This document shows positions 35,544-48,954 of a stretch of 64,000 bases of DNA, piece after piece; position 1 is the first letter of the stretch; every line of letters begins with the position of its first letter. This DNA comes from Rhizodiscina lignyota (lineage: Eukaryota). The notes under the pieces were generated by a model. The model was not told where the DNA came from and did not search any database. It was given only the letters and a program-made list of their open reading frames with translations. Position numbers and translations under genes: made by a program. The stretch lies in NCBI GenBank assembly GCA_010015805.1, contig ML978127.1:1302001-1366000 (forward strand), read 5' to 3'.

Positions 35544-36732
35544 CTTGGACTATGGGGGCTGTGGTAATGGGGGTATCGTAAGGGAATCTGATACGCCTGA
35601 TTCAAAGAGAGGATCAAGAAGGCCGGAGTCCATCTCTCTGTTGCCGCAGCGAGGCGGTGGATTTAAAGAATTGGGTATCGTGATGGGGCGTGCAGCGAAG
35701 ATGTGAGGACGTGTGGTGGAGAGAACGAAGTGCGGTCAGAGCTCGGCTCAGCTGCTGCGGAAGATTCCTCGGTCCGGTGGACTCTGGCCGGTTTCAGCAA
35801 GATGATGATTATCAATGCATTCTCTGTGCCATCTCTCTCGTGCAAATCCGAGGTTGAGGTTTGGTTGGAGGCATGGAGGATGAGACGAGTTCAGCGCTGC
35901 GGTGGGTTTGATCGCGCTCTTTGTGCCACTGACATTGTGCCTTGACTGTTGACCATTCCGACCAATCACAGGCCAAGGAAGTAGTGGACCGAATAGTTCG
36001 GAGCGCTCTTTACCAATTCCTATGGCAGGCGATGGACATGGCACTTTCGCCTTCATCGATAGCTCATGGCGTAATGTGCACCCTGTTCGCCCCATATTGC
36101 GGAACTGGTCAAGTGCCACCCCGGCTATGCGCTTCGATGATTGGTAGTCGGCGGCCATCGGGGTAGCACTGTGGAGCGCTCCGTAATGATGCGGATTCCC
36201 TGCATGATCTCGTGGTTCCTTAGGCCGTGGCCGTGACCTGGTCACCACCTCCAACATCACATCACCCCAACCTTGCCCCGTTCCTGACAACAAACCCTCC
36301 TTCCCTCCTGCCACCTGTGCATCTTGCCCCTACGTCCAGCCTTAAAGCAAGCTCTCGCCTCTCTCGCCCGACCTTTCCTTAGCCCAGCAACCCAACGAGC
36401 CAGCGTCAAAGAACCGTCAAAAGGCCCGCGTATCAACCGCTAGCACCCAACAACGCACTGCGTACAAGGCGGACAAAGAGCAACGACAACACCAGATTCG
36501 GCCGTAATCGGGCCATCCGCGGCAGTCACCTGAGAAATTCAGGCGTCATCGGCAAATCCGACCACAATATAATCGCCTTCCCCACGTAGAGCCTTCCGTG
36601 GTGATTGCCTCCAGTCTCGCTACACTGTCGACAGAGCCTTGAACCTCGGAGCAGCTCTTCAATTATAAGGCACGCACATCTTCACGAGCATTACTCTGGG
36701 AGGAGCAGGGTACTGCGGACAAGAGCGGCAAG

Positions 36733-37497
36733 ATGAGTAGTCCAAAGCGGAGGATCGAGACAGACGTGATGAAGATGTGAGCTTCCTGCCTAGCTATTAC
36801 GTTCCTGCTCGAACCAAATATTAACATGTACTTCTAATCATAGGCTCATGAGCGACTATGAGGTCACGCTCGTCAACGATAACATGCAGGAGTTCTACGT
36901 GCGCTTCAAGGGCCCCGAAGAGACACCATTCTCCGGTGGATTGTGGAAGATCCACGTCGAGCTCCCAGACCAGTATCCGTACAAGAGCCCTAGCATTGGT
37001 TTCATGAACAGGATATTCCACCCCAACATCGACGAGATGTGTGTTCCCCCTTCCCTTTTCCCTTCTTCCAAGGTCATCTGCCGTTGGTTTGAACTTTCCC
37101 CCAACGGGGAGCAACGGTCAACCCCACCACGTTCGAACAACGTCAGGCTAACATTCAGCGTCCGTGCAGATCTGGCTCCGTGTGCCTCGACGTCATCAAC
37201 CAGACCTGGTCGCCCATGTACGACATGATCAACATCTTCGAAGTCTTCCTCCCTCAGCTGCTGCGCTACCCCAACCCTACCGACCCTCTGAACGGCGAGG
37301 CAGCAGCGCTCATGATGCGCGAGCCGAAGAGCTATGAGGCGAAGGTCAAGGAGTACGTCCTCAAGTACGCGAGCAAGGACGCTGCAGACGAGGCAGGTGA
37401 AGAGGATGAGAGCGACGACGACATGAGCAGCGTGGGCAGCTACGAGGCGAATGACGATGACGAGGAGGAAGCTGCTGGTAACATGGATGATATCTGA
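36733..37497 (+). CDS. UBC8: Ubiquitin-conjugating enzyme E2, Ubc8/UBE2H type
   Basis: [64 protein letters not shown], acidic tail. Introns at about 36777-36843 and 37039-37169. Confidence 0.95.
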
Positions 37498-37804
37498 GCG
37501 GCATGCCGCAGCTCTTACGAAGGCTAAAGAGCCACACAGGATGAATATACGGTTTGCATGTCGACATGAATTAGGACGGCGCTGATACCATCGGCGCTGG
37601 GATATGAGGCGCTGCCAAGTGGGACACAAGGTGACCACGGCGTCCTACTGCTTTTGCTATTCGGAACGGGAACTGGGATCGGGAACTGGATAAGGACTTT
37701 GGCATAGGGCGCTCGGCACAGCATGTAATTACTTTTCTCACGACATAGCTGAAATCCCCCATCTGTCTAACTTCAAACGCTTCAACTTCTTGTCCTTTGC
37801 AACC

Positions 37805-38404
37805 TCAGTGGTGAGGATTCCCCGCCCCCGCGCCTTTCCTTACCATGCAAACCAGCCCGTCTTCGTCCAAACCCGTGCCGCTCATGCCCAATTCCCGCTC
37901 GTAGAACTTCACAGCGGGCCCTTTCTTCCCTGTCAATAGCAAGAAGCGACGCAGCTTAGGGATCGCGGATACCACTTCATTGATGCAGGAGATGAGCCAT
38001 ATCCCAAGGCCTTTGCCCTGCTGGGACGGCACTACATATACATCCTTCGAGAGTCAATTTGTTCAGACACGGCACATTTTTTAATTCTCGGGATAAAGTG
38101 AACGTACAGTAAGATAAGCGGTCGTAACGTAATCCGTCATAAGTCTCGCCATGCCAATTTGCTCCAAGGTTGGATTGTTCCCGGTCTTTGGATCTGCGGA
38201 GTGCTGAATGTAGAGGCCGAAGTTGCAGCCATGTTCAAGAAGAATGTCCAGCTGATCCGGGGGGACGGGCCCGGTCCAGTACATCTCTGGCGTCTCGAAT
38301 GCTTTAAGAACGAAATCACGAGAGATGAGCGATGTGTCGGTGGAAATGATAAAGGTCGTGGCGTCGACTGTGCGATTCCATGTCTGAGGTTGAAGATGTG
38401 GCAT
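37805..38404 (-). CDS. GNAT-family N-acetyltransferase
   Basis: ISTD..LI, MYW, NFGLY, QIGMARLMTDYVT.AYLT|DVYV.P..QGKGLG.WL (acetyl-CoA motif A), KFYE..LG. One intron at about 38045-38107. Confidence 0.9.
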
Positions 38405-38817
38405 TTTCAGAAGGGAAAGAGACGAAAAGACTTCAGGGAAATGTATGAGTGAAACTGAAATCAATTGAAAGTTGGAATCTAGAAATTTGAAAGGAGGATG
38501 CCCGATTGCGAGGTATGACTCCACAGTCCTACCTTGTCGATCTATCCTCCGAGTCTATACAACAGGGCGTCAGGAACGATCCCACAGAACGCAAGATCGT
38601 ATGGTGCATAGTTAGCTTGAAGTTTCTCCGGAATACATCTCCGGCTTTAAGATTCTGAATATCTCTGTGGCCGAGTGGGTTTCCTAATCAATTGAGGCAT
38701 GTCGAGCGAAATTCCTCACCGAGCTATACCCGATGCAGAGCCGATACATGAAGAAGTGTTTGCATTAGATTAACAACAGTGATAATATTGTTCCCTTTTA
38801 TATCAGTGTTGTGATAA

Positions 38818-40403
38818 CTATGACCTGAACAGCATCAACCCTTCCGCTCCCTGTAAAGCATCTGCTTCTATCTCATCTTCATCGCCACTACTCTCCCTCT
38901 CCTCACCCAATGCCATCCTCCGTCCAAACAAGCTTCCGAATAGTTCATCAACCTGCCGTTCTCCCCATCTCCCCCTATCCTCCGGTGCCATAAAATTCTG
39001 TAGCTTCTCATGCACCGTATACCTCAACTTCCTCCCCTTACTCGCCTTCGTATCAACCACCTTCTTCGTCTTTGCATCACGCACCGCCTGCCACGGCGCA
39101 CTAAAGTTGAAACCGGCACCTGCTGCACTTGCAGAGTCGCTGCGCCGCTCCAGTAGCTCTTTCAGAAGGAGCCCGTAAAAGTCTGCGTCGTCATAGATGT
39201 GCGGTGATTCCGCCCCTCCAGATTTCGCCTGCACAGGTGCACATGAGCGTGGTGTACGAGTCCGTTTGACGAGGCGGTCTTTGTCGAGGAGCTGACCGTT
39301 GAGAACATCGCTCAGCGTCTGTTCTTTCGTATTATTCAGTCTGCCTCGTGTGCTGGTGAGCGCCGCAGTAGCACCTCGTGCTTTGGCAGACCATTTGTTC
39401 AAGACTGCCTGGCGGTGCGGTCGGGCCGTCGAGTCGTATGATTTCATGTGTGACCAGAGTTCGTCGGCGGTGGAATCTATAGAAAATTCGGTGTGTTTTC
39501 GCTTTGAGCCAGTGCGCGATGCTTCTAGGCTTGATCGGAATTCATTAAGCGAATTCCATAGGGAGAATGCAGCGGTTTCAGCAGCCCTCATAGTCTCGGT
39601 ACCCTTCTCCTCATCAAATTCCGCTGCGTCCGGTGCGGCGAGCGAATTGGTAGCAATTAATGCCTTTTGCAGTCTGATTCGGACATTTAAAAGGGTGTCG
39701 AATGTACTACGTTGATTTTTGACCGCCTTGCCCTTTTCGACATCAGCCTTTGCCGCTTGGGATATGGTTGCCGCAACATTCTTTTGGTCCTGAGCCATTA
39801 TCCGGCGTAGCTCTGCGCGATCAATGCCATCCTCTTCCCCCGACTGTCCAAAGCCATCTTCATCATCGTCGTCCTCTGTCTCATCTTCCATCGAGTCGGA
39901 CTCGTCGCCATCGAGTTCGTCTGAACCGTCGTCCTCACTCCCACTGGTGTCTGAGCCATATGTATCATGCGCCCCGCCATTCAATCGTCGAGTATTAACT
40001 TCGCGCTGGTCATCGCTCCCTTCATCGACCTCATCTTCCCCAAAATCTCGCTCGAGAGGGTCGTCGCTGTCCTCGTTGAAAGCATCCTCTCGGCTAACCC
40101 TGGAACCTTTATATTGCGGTCCCAGAGGAACTCCATCGCGCTTCCGCAATTTGCTCTTCCCAACTTCTACGTAGTGATCGCGAGCATGATCTTCGCTTTC
40201 TGACCCTGAGTCGATGGCGGAATCGTCGCTGCGGCTTTCATAGCCATTCAGCTCTTCGGGGTCGACATCTGCATGGAGAAATCTCTGTCAGTAAGTGTAT
40301 TGGGCGTATTTAGACATCTTCCATAACTGCTACCTTTTGGCCGTGTATCGTCAAGCTCTGCGAATTGCTCTGCAACCGTTTTGGGTCGTCTGGACTTCGC
40401 CAT
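38818..40403 (-). CDS. BFR2: Bfr2/AATF ribosome biogenesis factor
   Basis: HYV.VGKSKLR, Y.GSRVSR, D..KG.AV..Q..FD.LL..RIRLQKAL, IYDDADFY..LL.EL, VDTKASKGRKLRY.VHEKLQNFMAP, DELF.SLFG. Intron 40269-40333. Confidence 0.93.
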
Positions 40404-40743
40404 TGTTGGAGATGGCTGACGCAAAAGGTGTGGCTCCAGAAAATCATGCTGAAATCTTGGCATTATTTTTCTCTACCGGAGTTTAGCGAGTTAACTCCGA
40501 CAAGTATATAAACGAAAAGCTTTTCGTGCCGACGCATCTATGAATATAAACTTGGATATAATTTATATAGGCAGGAATTATATCCAAACTCGATTTATTT
40601 CCCAAAGGCATAATTTCATCTACGTAGGATCCACAGTACAAATTGAGCCACTGGTTCATCCGAGATCTTGGCCATGGAGGGTGAGAGGAGACGTGCAGTG
40701 TCCCAGAGAAGAATGCAATTGAGTTGGAAGGCAAGCTTCCAGC

Positions 40744-42685
40744 TCAAAGTGCGTATCTAAAGAAGGGACTCTTGTCCCCCATGTCCACAAGCTCCTTATC
40801 GGTATATCTGGCCCTGATTCCCTCTTCTCCAATATCCGCAAGGAGTTTGTCTCTTTTCCTATTCTCCAGGGCGTATGCGAATCGCAGAACCAAAACTGCG
40901 AACACACCTAGGCAAAGCATGCCGAGTGATGCCCCAAAGCCAGTGGGATACTTCGGAGCTTCTCGAAGGAGGTAGATATTGGAGCCCATGATGGCTCCCA
41001 TGTTACCGACAGAGATCATGACGGCCATGCCGACAGCTCGTTTTGAAGATGGCGCGAGATTATTCGCTGTCGCAGTGGTTAGCAACGCAGGACGCAACCA
41101 GAATGCGAGTCAAGGGGCTTGTCTCAGACTCACCAGCCCAAGCTATCATAGGTGCAAAGCCACCGTACATTCCTGCGGCGAGAGGGAACAGAAAGCCATA
41201 TGTCAAGCCGGGATATTTAGGATGGGGAATGGCTAACTCTGCAATCAAGCCAATTCCTCCGACGGCATAGCTGCAAAAGATGAAGATCCATCGGACGCGG
41301 ACTCTGTCGGACCAGAATGCTAGAATAAGCACGACTATCACCGCACAAACATAGATGGGTATCGTAAGTAACTGAGCATTCGCCGCGGAGTAGCCGAGGT
41401 CCTCAATTGCAGTTGGGGCTATAGCCGCAAAACTACATCGCGATTAGCAAAGGGGAATACACGCACTGAAATAGCTCGGCAAAGTGTGGGCAGATGGTGG
41501 CGGATCGAAGCTTACCCATAAAGACTGATACTGTTAGCCCAGAAAACCATGACCATACACCACATTTTCCACTCCGTTAATCCAGCTTTGATCAGTTGCC
41601 AATTGATTCGATCTCTGTTTGTCACATGGCCTTGGCCGGTGCCTGTTTCGATGGCGATGCGATTGATAACCCACTCTTTCTCTTCCTTGTTTAAAAATTT
41701 AGCCGTCTCCGGATTATCTGGAAGGATGGCCCATAGAACAAAGGACATGGCAACAGGTACTAGTCCCTCAAGGATGAAAATCCTGTATTGCAGTGAGCCA
41801 CGGGCCACATTGTTCATATTGCGCAGGGCTCGTTCTTGAAGCCATGGTTACAGAAAAGGAATCGTCAATTAAGTAAGGGGTGACATACCATTGCCAACCA
41901 CTTCTTCCTCCGATCCCATCCATCTTCTCGATAGCAAACGCCAGGAGGCCGGAGAAGGCGCCAGACATCGATGCTGAAGCGTAAAAAATCGCAAAGCGTT
42001 GTTGGTATTCATATCGTTTGTACCAAATCGTCAGTAAGAACGTCGCCGCCGGGAAGAATCCAGCCTGTCTAATGGGTTAGTGACCAAGTAAAGAGGCTTT
42101 CAACTCTTGGTCACATACCTCGCAAGTACCGAGGAACCAGCGTGCAGCGAGTAGCCCACCGTAGCTTGATACAACACCCATCAATCTACAGTACATTAGT
42201 AACTGACTCCCACATGGTCACAGTATTCGAATAGTCCCTTACGTCATGACTGTGCCCCAACCAAACAGGAGGATTGATATGTATCTCGAAGGGCGTGTGA
42301 GCTTGAGGAGAATATTGCTCGGTACTTCTAAGAGCGTGTATGGAACGAAGAAGAGAGTGACCGCGGTATTGTAATTTAACCCATGCATATTGAGATCATC
42401 TGTGAGTCCAGCGATCTTTGCATTTCCAATATTAGTTCTGTCGACGAACGCAATGAGGTAAAGGAATGTGAGCAGAGGGATGATTCTCCAGTCGATTTTT
42501 CTGAGTATCCGTCTTTGGTCCGCCTCTGGCAGTTCGATGACAACTAGATCCTCGGTGAGACCATTGTCAACTGTTACGAGCCCGCCCTGCTCCTCAAGTT
42601 CTTTGTCCGAGTGAGTCACGGCGTGCTCATGATGCTCAGTATGTTGGGTAATTTGCTTTTCGTCGTCGATAGAATGGGAAGCCAT
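40744..42685 (-). CDS. MFS transporter, anion:cation symporter (Dal5/Tna1 allantoate-nicotinate permease) family
   Basis: RKIDWRIIP...YL.AFVDR.NIGNA, FFVPY.LLEVPSN, GAFSGLLAFAI, GW.W.IFILEG, LPD.P.TA.FL, W.ANN.A...KRA, GD.SP.FRY. Several introns (CTTAC/CATAC donors seen on the + strand). Confidence 0.93.
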
Positions 42686-43749
42686 ATCGGATGTGACTAT
42701 AACAATTCCCCGCTCATCGAGAGCGATAAGGAACTGAGCATTATATAGGCCAGCTCGGTTATCTCTCGTAGTACACAGTCCCAGCTCTCTTCATTGTGTA
42801 GCTGACGCCCTTGACCAAAGCCTTGGCTTTGGTCTTCGGCGACCAAACAACATGCTTGATACGCAAGGCCAACTCTTGCGGGGTAAAGGGCTTGCTGTCT
42901 CCGCAAAATGACTCGCAGCATGGTATACCTGCTCGGTAAATCTGGGGTAGAGGATGGGGCATGGGCGCTAATTGAGTTAATTCGACGTGGTATCCAGGAT
43001 TGAAACCATGGAACCAGTCCTTTGGGACAGAATAAGAAATGGGAGTACGGAGCTACACCAAAGACGGGCCGAATACAGCTTCCAGAAAGTATGTATAACT
43101 TATACATAACGTAATAGAGAAATTGAGTGGTAGAGCATATTTATCTTACTATACTGCTCGAGCAAGTGTTGCATTCACATAAATCCGTGTGCATCGCAGT
43201 TTCTTTGAATCCGAGATGATATCAGACGTGTTGAAATGATACGGATGGAGGAAAAGCTACTCCACTAGCTCGACGATCATCTACAAGATGACTCGAAGGA
43301 AACAATTGACCTTGGCGACGGGTGCTTTGCATCCGCATGCATCATGCTACTCGGTTACAGACTCGTCTTGTTTGAGGAGTTTCTGCAGAAGAGCCATTGC
43401 AGTATACAACGAAGATGCAGGGTGAACGTTGGTCGAGGTTGGGATCGAAATTCCTCGGGATGTTTTAGCATGGGGTGACAGGGAGAGGGTTGAAACAGAC
43501 TGGGTGCTTGGGAGAATTCAGTCCAAAGTCTTCGGATGAGAGTAGCAAGCTCGAACGTTCTTATACGGGCGTGATGAACCCTGCTATAAAGATGGATAAA
43601 CAAAGCTGCAAAGTGCTGGCCACGGCCCGTGGCATTAGTACGAAAGAGAGCTCACCCGGTCTTGGCGTCGGTGATTTCTCGCCAAAATTTCGACATCAAG
43701 AGGGCCCTTTAACGGTCAAAAGCGAACCCATATTATTAAATATGTGATA

Positions 43750-44878
43750 ATGCAAAGACGACTCTTCTCAACAGGCAGAAGACTTCTCAGCCATGAAAAC
43801 CCCTTGGTACATTCTATTTTTCCAACAGATGAGCAAGAATTCATGGGTTCTTAGGGACTACCTCGCTCCGGCGCGCCACCACAGATCCCCCGAATGCAGA
43901 GGGGGCTTCCAAAGAAACAGAACATTCGTGATGTGAAGCATGTTGTTGCGGTATCATCAGCAAAAGGAGGCGTTGGGAAGTCCACGATAGCAGGTGAGTC
44001 CCCGAAATGGAAGGATATTGAGGAAAGAGTTTGACAATATCGGAAGTTAACCTCGCATTGTCCCTGGCGCGACTTGGCCATCGAACTGGAATTCTCGACA
44101 CCGATATCTTCGGCCCTTCGATCCCAACATTGCTAAACCTCTCTGGGGAGCCTCGTCTGACAGAAGGTACATCCAAAATCTCTTCAAAATCACGTGATCA
44201 CGCGTTGTTTATTAAATCCCTGATTTAATACGTGTAATATCTACGCGATTTCCGCGTATAAAGTATCAAGATAGAGTCTGCTGACATTCTGACACAGATA
44301 ATCGGCTTATCCCCCTCCAAAACTATGGACTGCCCTCCATGTCCATGGGCTACCTGGTCCCTGAATCTTCACCGGTAGTCTGGCGCGGCCTCATGGTGCA
44401 GAAAGCCCTGCAACAGCTACTCTTCTCCGTCGCATGGCCCTCTCTCGACATTTTAATATTAGATCTGCCCCCTGGAACCGGTGATGTGCAACTCACCATA
44501 ACTCAATCGATACATCTTTCCGGTGCGCTCATCGTGTCGACGCCGCAGGACCTGAGTCTTAAAGACGCGATCCGCGGTGTTGAGATGTTCAAGAAAGTCG
44601 ATGTGAAGATTTTGGGGATGGTACAGAATATGAGCGTGTTCCGGTGCGAGGCGTGCGGGCATGAGCAACACATATTCGGGACCGATGGAGTGAAGCAGAA
44701 GTGCGAAGAGCTGGGAATCAAATTGCTGGGCGACGTCCCTCTGCATGCGCGGATATGCGACGATGCAGATGGGGGAAGGCCGACCGTCGTGGCGGAGCCA
44801 GAGAGTGAGAGGGCTGCAGCATTCCGGGGAATAGCGGAGAGAGTTGCCGATGAGGTCGGGTTTACAAAGAGTGTATGA
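43750..44878 (+). CDS. IND1: Mitochondrial Fe-S carrier Ind1/NUBPL (Mrp/NBP35 ATPase)
   Basis: Presequence [77 protein letters not shown]. Three introns. Confidence 0.92.
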
Positions 44879-45399
44879 TTATGTGGTGTGTACTAAAAGG
44901 CTTGAAATAGAGGATTGAATGTGTATGGATGTGTAATTACACATTGACATGACGTTACGGAGCTATAGAGCTAAGCGTACGCTCTTTCTGACTCGCCAGT
45001 GACATAGATTCATCTCCTTTCGTGTTGTCTTAGCAAAAAAGCAATGATAAAGAAAACCAATGGGTATGACAGACTCGTTTACAATGCATGAATGGTATAT
45101 ACAGGCAAGGCCTCTAGCAACAATCGCTCCCACCCGCACGCTATGCAATGGTATGAAGCCATGCAGCCACGCCAGAAATGCTTTCGGAGAATGTAAAAAC
45201 GGGAGTGAAGGACAGTACGAATACAATGCAGTGGTAGGTACGCTCTCTAACAATAACGGCTTTTCGGATGCTGTGAGAGACAAACGTTCACAGGTGCCAA
45301 AGTGATGCCAATTAGGTCTATCCGCCAATATATGCTGATACGCACAGGAAATGTCGATTCGAAACACTGATAACAGGACAGCGAAACGAGGCGATTATT

Positions 45400-47437
45400 C
45401 TAGATGCGGATGAGGTGTGTAAGAAGCTGATCAAGCTTCGTCCAGTTGTCCGCCGTAGTGGCGAACTTTCGATGCTTCTTCGATAGAATGTGCTTTTCTA
45501 AAGTTAGTAACGACATTGGATGAAGATGAATGGTAGTGGACTTACCTCTTCGAAGTCATTGAATTTGTCCTGGCAGTTTTCGCAGTAGCCTGGCTTGAGT
45601 TCTCGCTCCACAGCTTTCTTCTTTCGAGTAGCCTTTACTTTTTGCTTCACTTCTTCTTCTTCATCTTCCATATCCTCATCGATGGGTACCAGTTGCTCTG
45701 CCTTTCGTTTGCGTTGCACTGGCCTATCATTGTTGATTGCTGCCCGCACATCATTCATGTATGATGACGGGATGCTGTTTGTGGATTGCGCACTATTCTT
45801 CGCGAACACTTTTCTCTTAAGCTGAGTTACCTCTCTGCTTGTACCTGCTCTCGCTCCAGGAGCAGCGGCAGTGGATGAGATCATCTGCGACTTGATTGCC
45901 GAAGTGACATTAGACGGTTGAACGCCAGACGCAATTGGTTCTCCGGCAACAATGCGAGGAAGTTGACGAAGACTAGCTTGAGCGCTACCGAATAGAGGTG
46001 GAGGAAGATTCTGGGTGTCTGTGCTACCTCGTTTCGCGGGAATGGTCTTTGGTGGATCCAAGGGCTTGACAAGAGCCTCATTGGGGTTCTGTACAGTGGC
46101 AGCAGCATGGTTTCTACGCGTTGCAAGGTTGTTATTCTCGGTTAGAATTCGACTGTCGCCTTGCTTTTGTTCTCTTGCCTGTTGCATGGCGAAAGCAGCG
46201 CGCGTACGCGGAGCAGCAGTGGCTTGGGTCTGGTCTCTGAGCATCTTTTGCTTTGCTTTTGCTTGTTGCAATTTGAGCTTCCTCGCGGATGCTTGATCGT
46301 CGACAAATGGGCATCTGCCAGCAGGAGTGGCTCGAAGCTGTGGCCACTGTCCATCTTCCTTTCGTTCTGGCTTGGCATAATCTCGGACCATGACTGGCTT
46401 GGTTTGCTCATCCATATCGTGGACATAGATATAGTATCCTCTGAATTGCGTCATCTCTTGAACCGCGACCGTCACATCACGATCTGCTGGTCCATGGAGT
46501 TTCTCCTGTTGCAGCAGGGTTGACAAATCTGGTTGGCCATGAGGGACGGTGGACGCTCCACGAGTTCTTGTATCATGACCATGACGTACTCCTTCTCCTG
46601 TAGAAGTATCAAACATTGTCATCATTATACGTTGCAGCTTCTCTAAAGCCCATATCTTCATTCCCAAGTCTCTTGCCCTCTGAAGTACATCGACGGCTTT
46701 CCGTGGCGGCTCGAAGCTGAATTTGCCCTTTGCCTGTCCATGATGGTCCTGAGAACGGTCAAGAACAGAGGGGTTGATGGTTGCTTGTGGTGCAACGGCC
46801 TCTGAGCTGGAGCTAGACGTGACAGGTGGTATTGGACGAGTGGTGATGACATGTGTGACGGACTTTGAGAAGAACTTGTCGTCTCTCTAAACAGATGAAC
46901 TTCTATTAGCCAGGTGAAAATGGCGAGGACAAGTGACATTGTCAATCTTACAGCTCCAAGTGCATGAAGGCCCGATAGAACTTCGCCCTTCATATCCGAC
47001 GGGATACTATCCAGGTAGAACACAAAACTCGGAAAGACCTTTTTGTAGTGGTTCTGCCATTGTCGAATATGCTCCAGAGTCTGCTCGTTATATTGCTGTC
47101 GGTCTACCGCCTGTTGGGTGGGCTTCGGTTCGCGTGCTGCTTCGAGTTTTCTCTGAAGAGTTGTTGGTTGGCCCTTGCCGACTCTTTTGAGAAGTATATT
47201 GCGGCGCTGTATTGATTCTTCCGTCTCTACCACCTGTCTCTTCGATGGTGGTGGCTGGCCGTACACAAGTTCGCGTTGCTCCATGCTCTGTGGTCGAGGT
47301 CGCTTCCCGGCAGTCGCGCCGACAGTGACTGCTCGAAACGGCGAATTGGCGGCATTAGGCACGTCGGCGAGAGGTACTCTTCGTCCTGCCATGTTGGATG
47401 GCACACTGGGTGATGGAGGTATCGACACAGATGCCAT
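45400..47437 (-). CDS. DBF4: Dbf4/Dfp1/NimO, regulatory subunit of Cdc7 kinase (DDK)
   Basis: RRVPL...PNAANSP; motif N RQWQ.HY.K.FP.F.FY; MKIWALEKLQR; motif M YIYVHDMDE.TKPVMVR.Y...WP..R....GRCPF; zinc finger KPGYCENC.DKF.DFEE|HI.S.KHRKFA. Two introns. Confidence 0.92.
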
Positions 47438-47572
47438 GTATATATGAGAACGTGCAAGGCTGGGATGCCTTGCAAGCTGTAGCTCACCGTTTGTGGAGGG
47501 GCAGTGGAGCACACGCGACTGCTACACGTCGAGGTGCAGCTAGCGGCGGGATGATGGAATCATAGTCTGACG

Positions 47573-47578
47573 ACGCGT
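47573..47578. promoter_or_regulatory. Putative MCB (ACGCGT) cell-cycle box upstream of DBF4
   Basis: Exact ACGCGT 136 bp upstream of the DBF4 ATG, with more CGCG cores nearby. Yeast DBF4 is an MBF target. Confidence 0.4.
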
Positions 47579-48954
47579 TTGACGAGCAAAGAGCAAAGGA
47601 GAATGCAAATTGGAGTTGGGAGAGAACGGAGTGAAGAGAAGCTTCAGTGAGTGAAGAGCACAGACGAGAGGTGGTTGTTGATGGTCGTTGAATGTTGTTG
47701 GATCCGTCCAGCGTGCCGGCCAAACGTCAGTGCGGCGAAATTCGCGCTAACGCAGGTTCAACTCCACGGCAACAGCGATTCGCGCTTGCTGCATGCGTCC
47801 ACCATAATACGGATCTTCTCATCGCTCCAAGCGCATTCTTTTCCAATAATCCACATCACAATTGGCATTGAGCGGTCTCGTCTCTTTGTTGCGAGCGCAG
47901 TGCTACGTAGCCATGCGACATTGTTCCACAACCGAGATTCTCCGCAAGCAGCACGGCAGTCAAGTTTTCGGACGACTAACCGCGAATCCACTTCATTTAC
48001 CATTTGGTAGACTATATGATCAGGAAGCGCCGGGTAATGCCTTGGCTTTGATTGTTGATATGAACAGTTGCTGTGTTCTGGGTGGAGTGCGGTTCTGCTT
48101 ATATTATCATCAAGCGTCGTCTCAATGCCTCACGCGATAGTCGCGTGGTCGAGTCTCCAACAAAGGCAACGCACGTTAATCGTGATACCATTCCGTCTCT
48201 TTGTTCTCAGTGATGGATCGCCAGGACTCTTTCATGCCAGATCGACCTACAATAGTATTGTATTTGAAAAGTTGCGCTCTCACCTACTATCTTGGATAAT
48301 GCTTATATCCTCAAGTCCACGCTTGCCTTTTTACCTGTTTTCTTCCCCAGAAACACATTCCGAAGGTCCAATCATCAATATCACGCATAAGCACAATGTC
48401 TGGAAAGATCTCCTCCGATATTAGCACTGGGTTTTCATCAATCCCAAGGTTCGGAAGATGCATTGTCATGTAGATTTCAATTAATCCATTCAAGTACGGA
48501 ACTGAACCCATTGTAAGCTCATTCAACCTCATAACTGTACAATCGCCGCTGAGAGCGAAGGTTCTTTCTCGACGCAGTATTATAAATATATTTAACTATG
48601 GAGCTCCCTGCAGTACATTATACATGTACCCCGCAAACGAGTGGTGAGTGAAATTCCCTTGCTGAAGCGGACTCGGCAGGTTTGGTCATAGGCTAATTCT
48701 TCATTCCCTAGTTCGACCACCGATTTACTCTACAAGAAAATGCATGATCCGGGGAATTATACAAATGCAGGAACCGAAATATTGATCTGTCTTTGCGATC
48801 TTTGAGTACGAACATTCCCAGCTTCATCGCTCTCAATTGCACCGAGATGATTATTTTGTCGGGCGTGCCTTTTCAAAAATACCCGTCTTAAAGACACATG
48901 TAGGTTGCATTCCATTTTGAGACGTCTGTCATTTCCTTCATTCCTGCGCCCACC

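Noticed and set aside
36895..37638. 247-aa minus-strand ORF
   Set aside because: Antisense shadow of UBC8.
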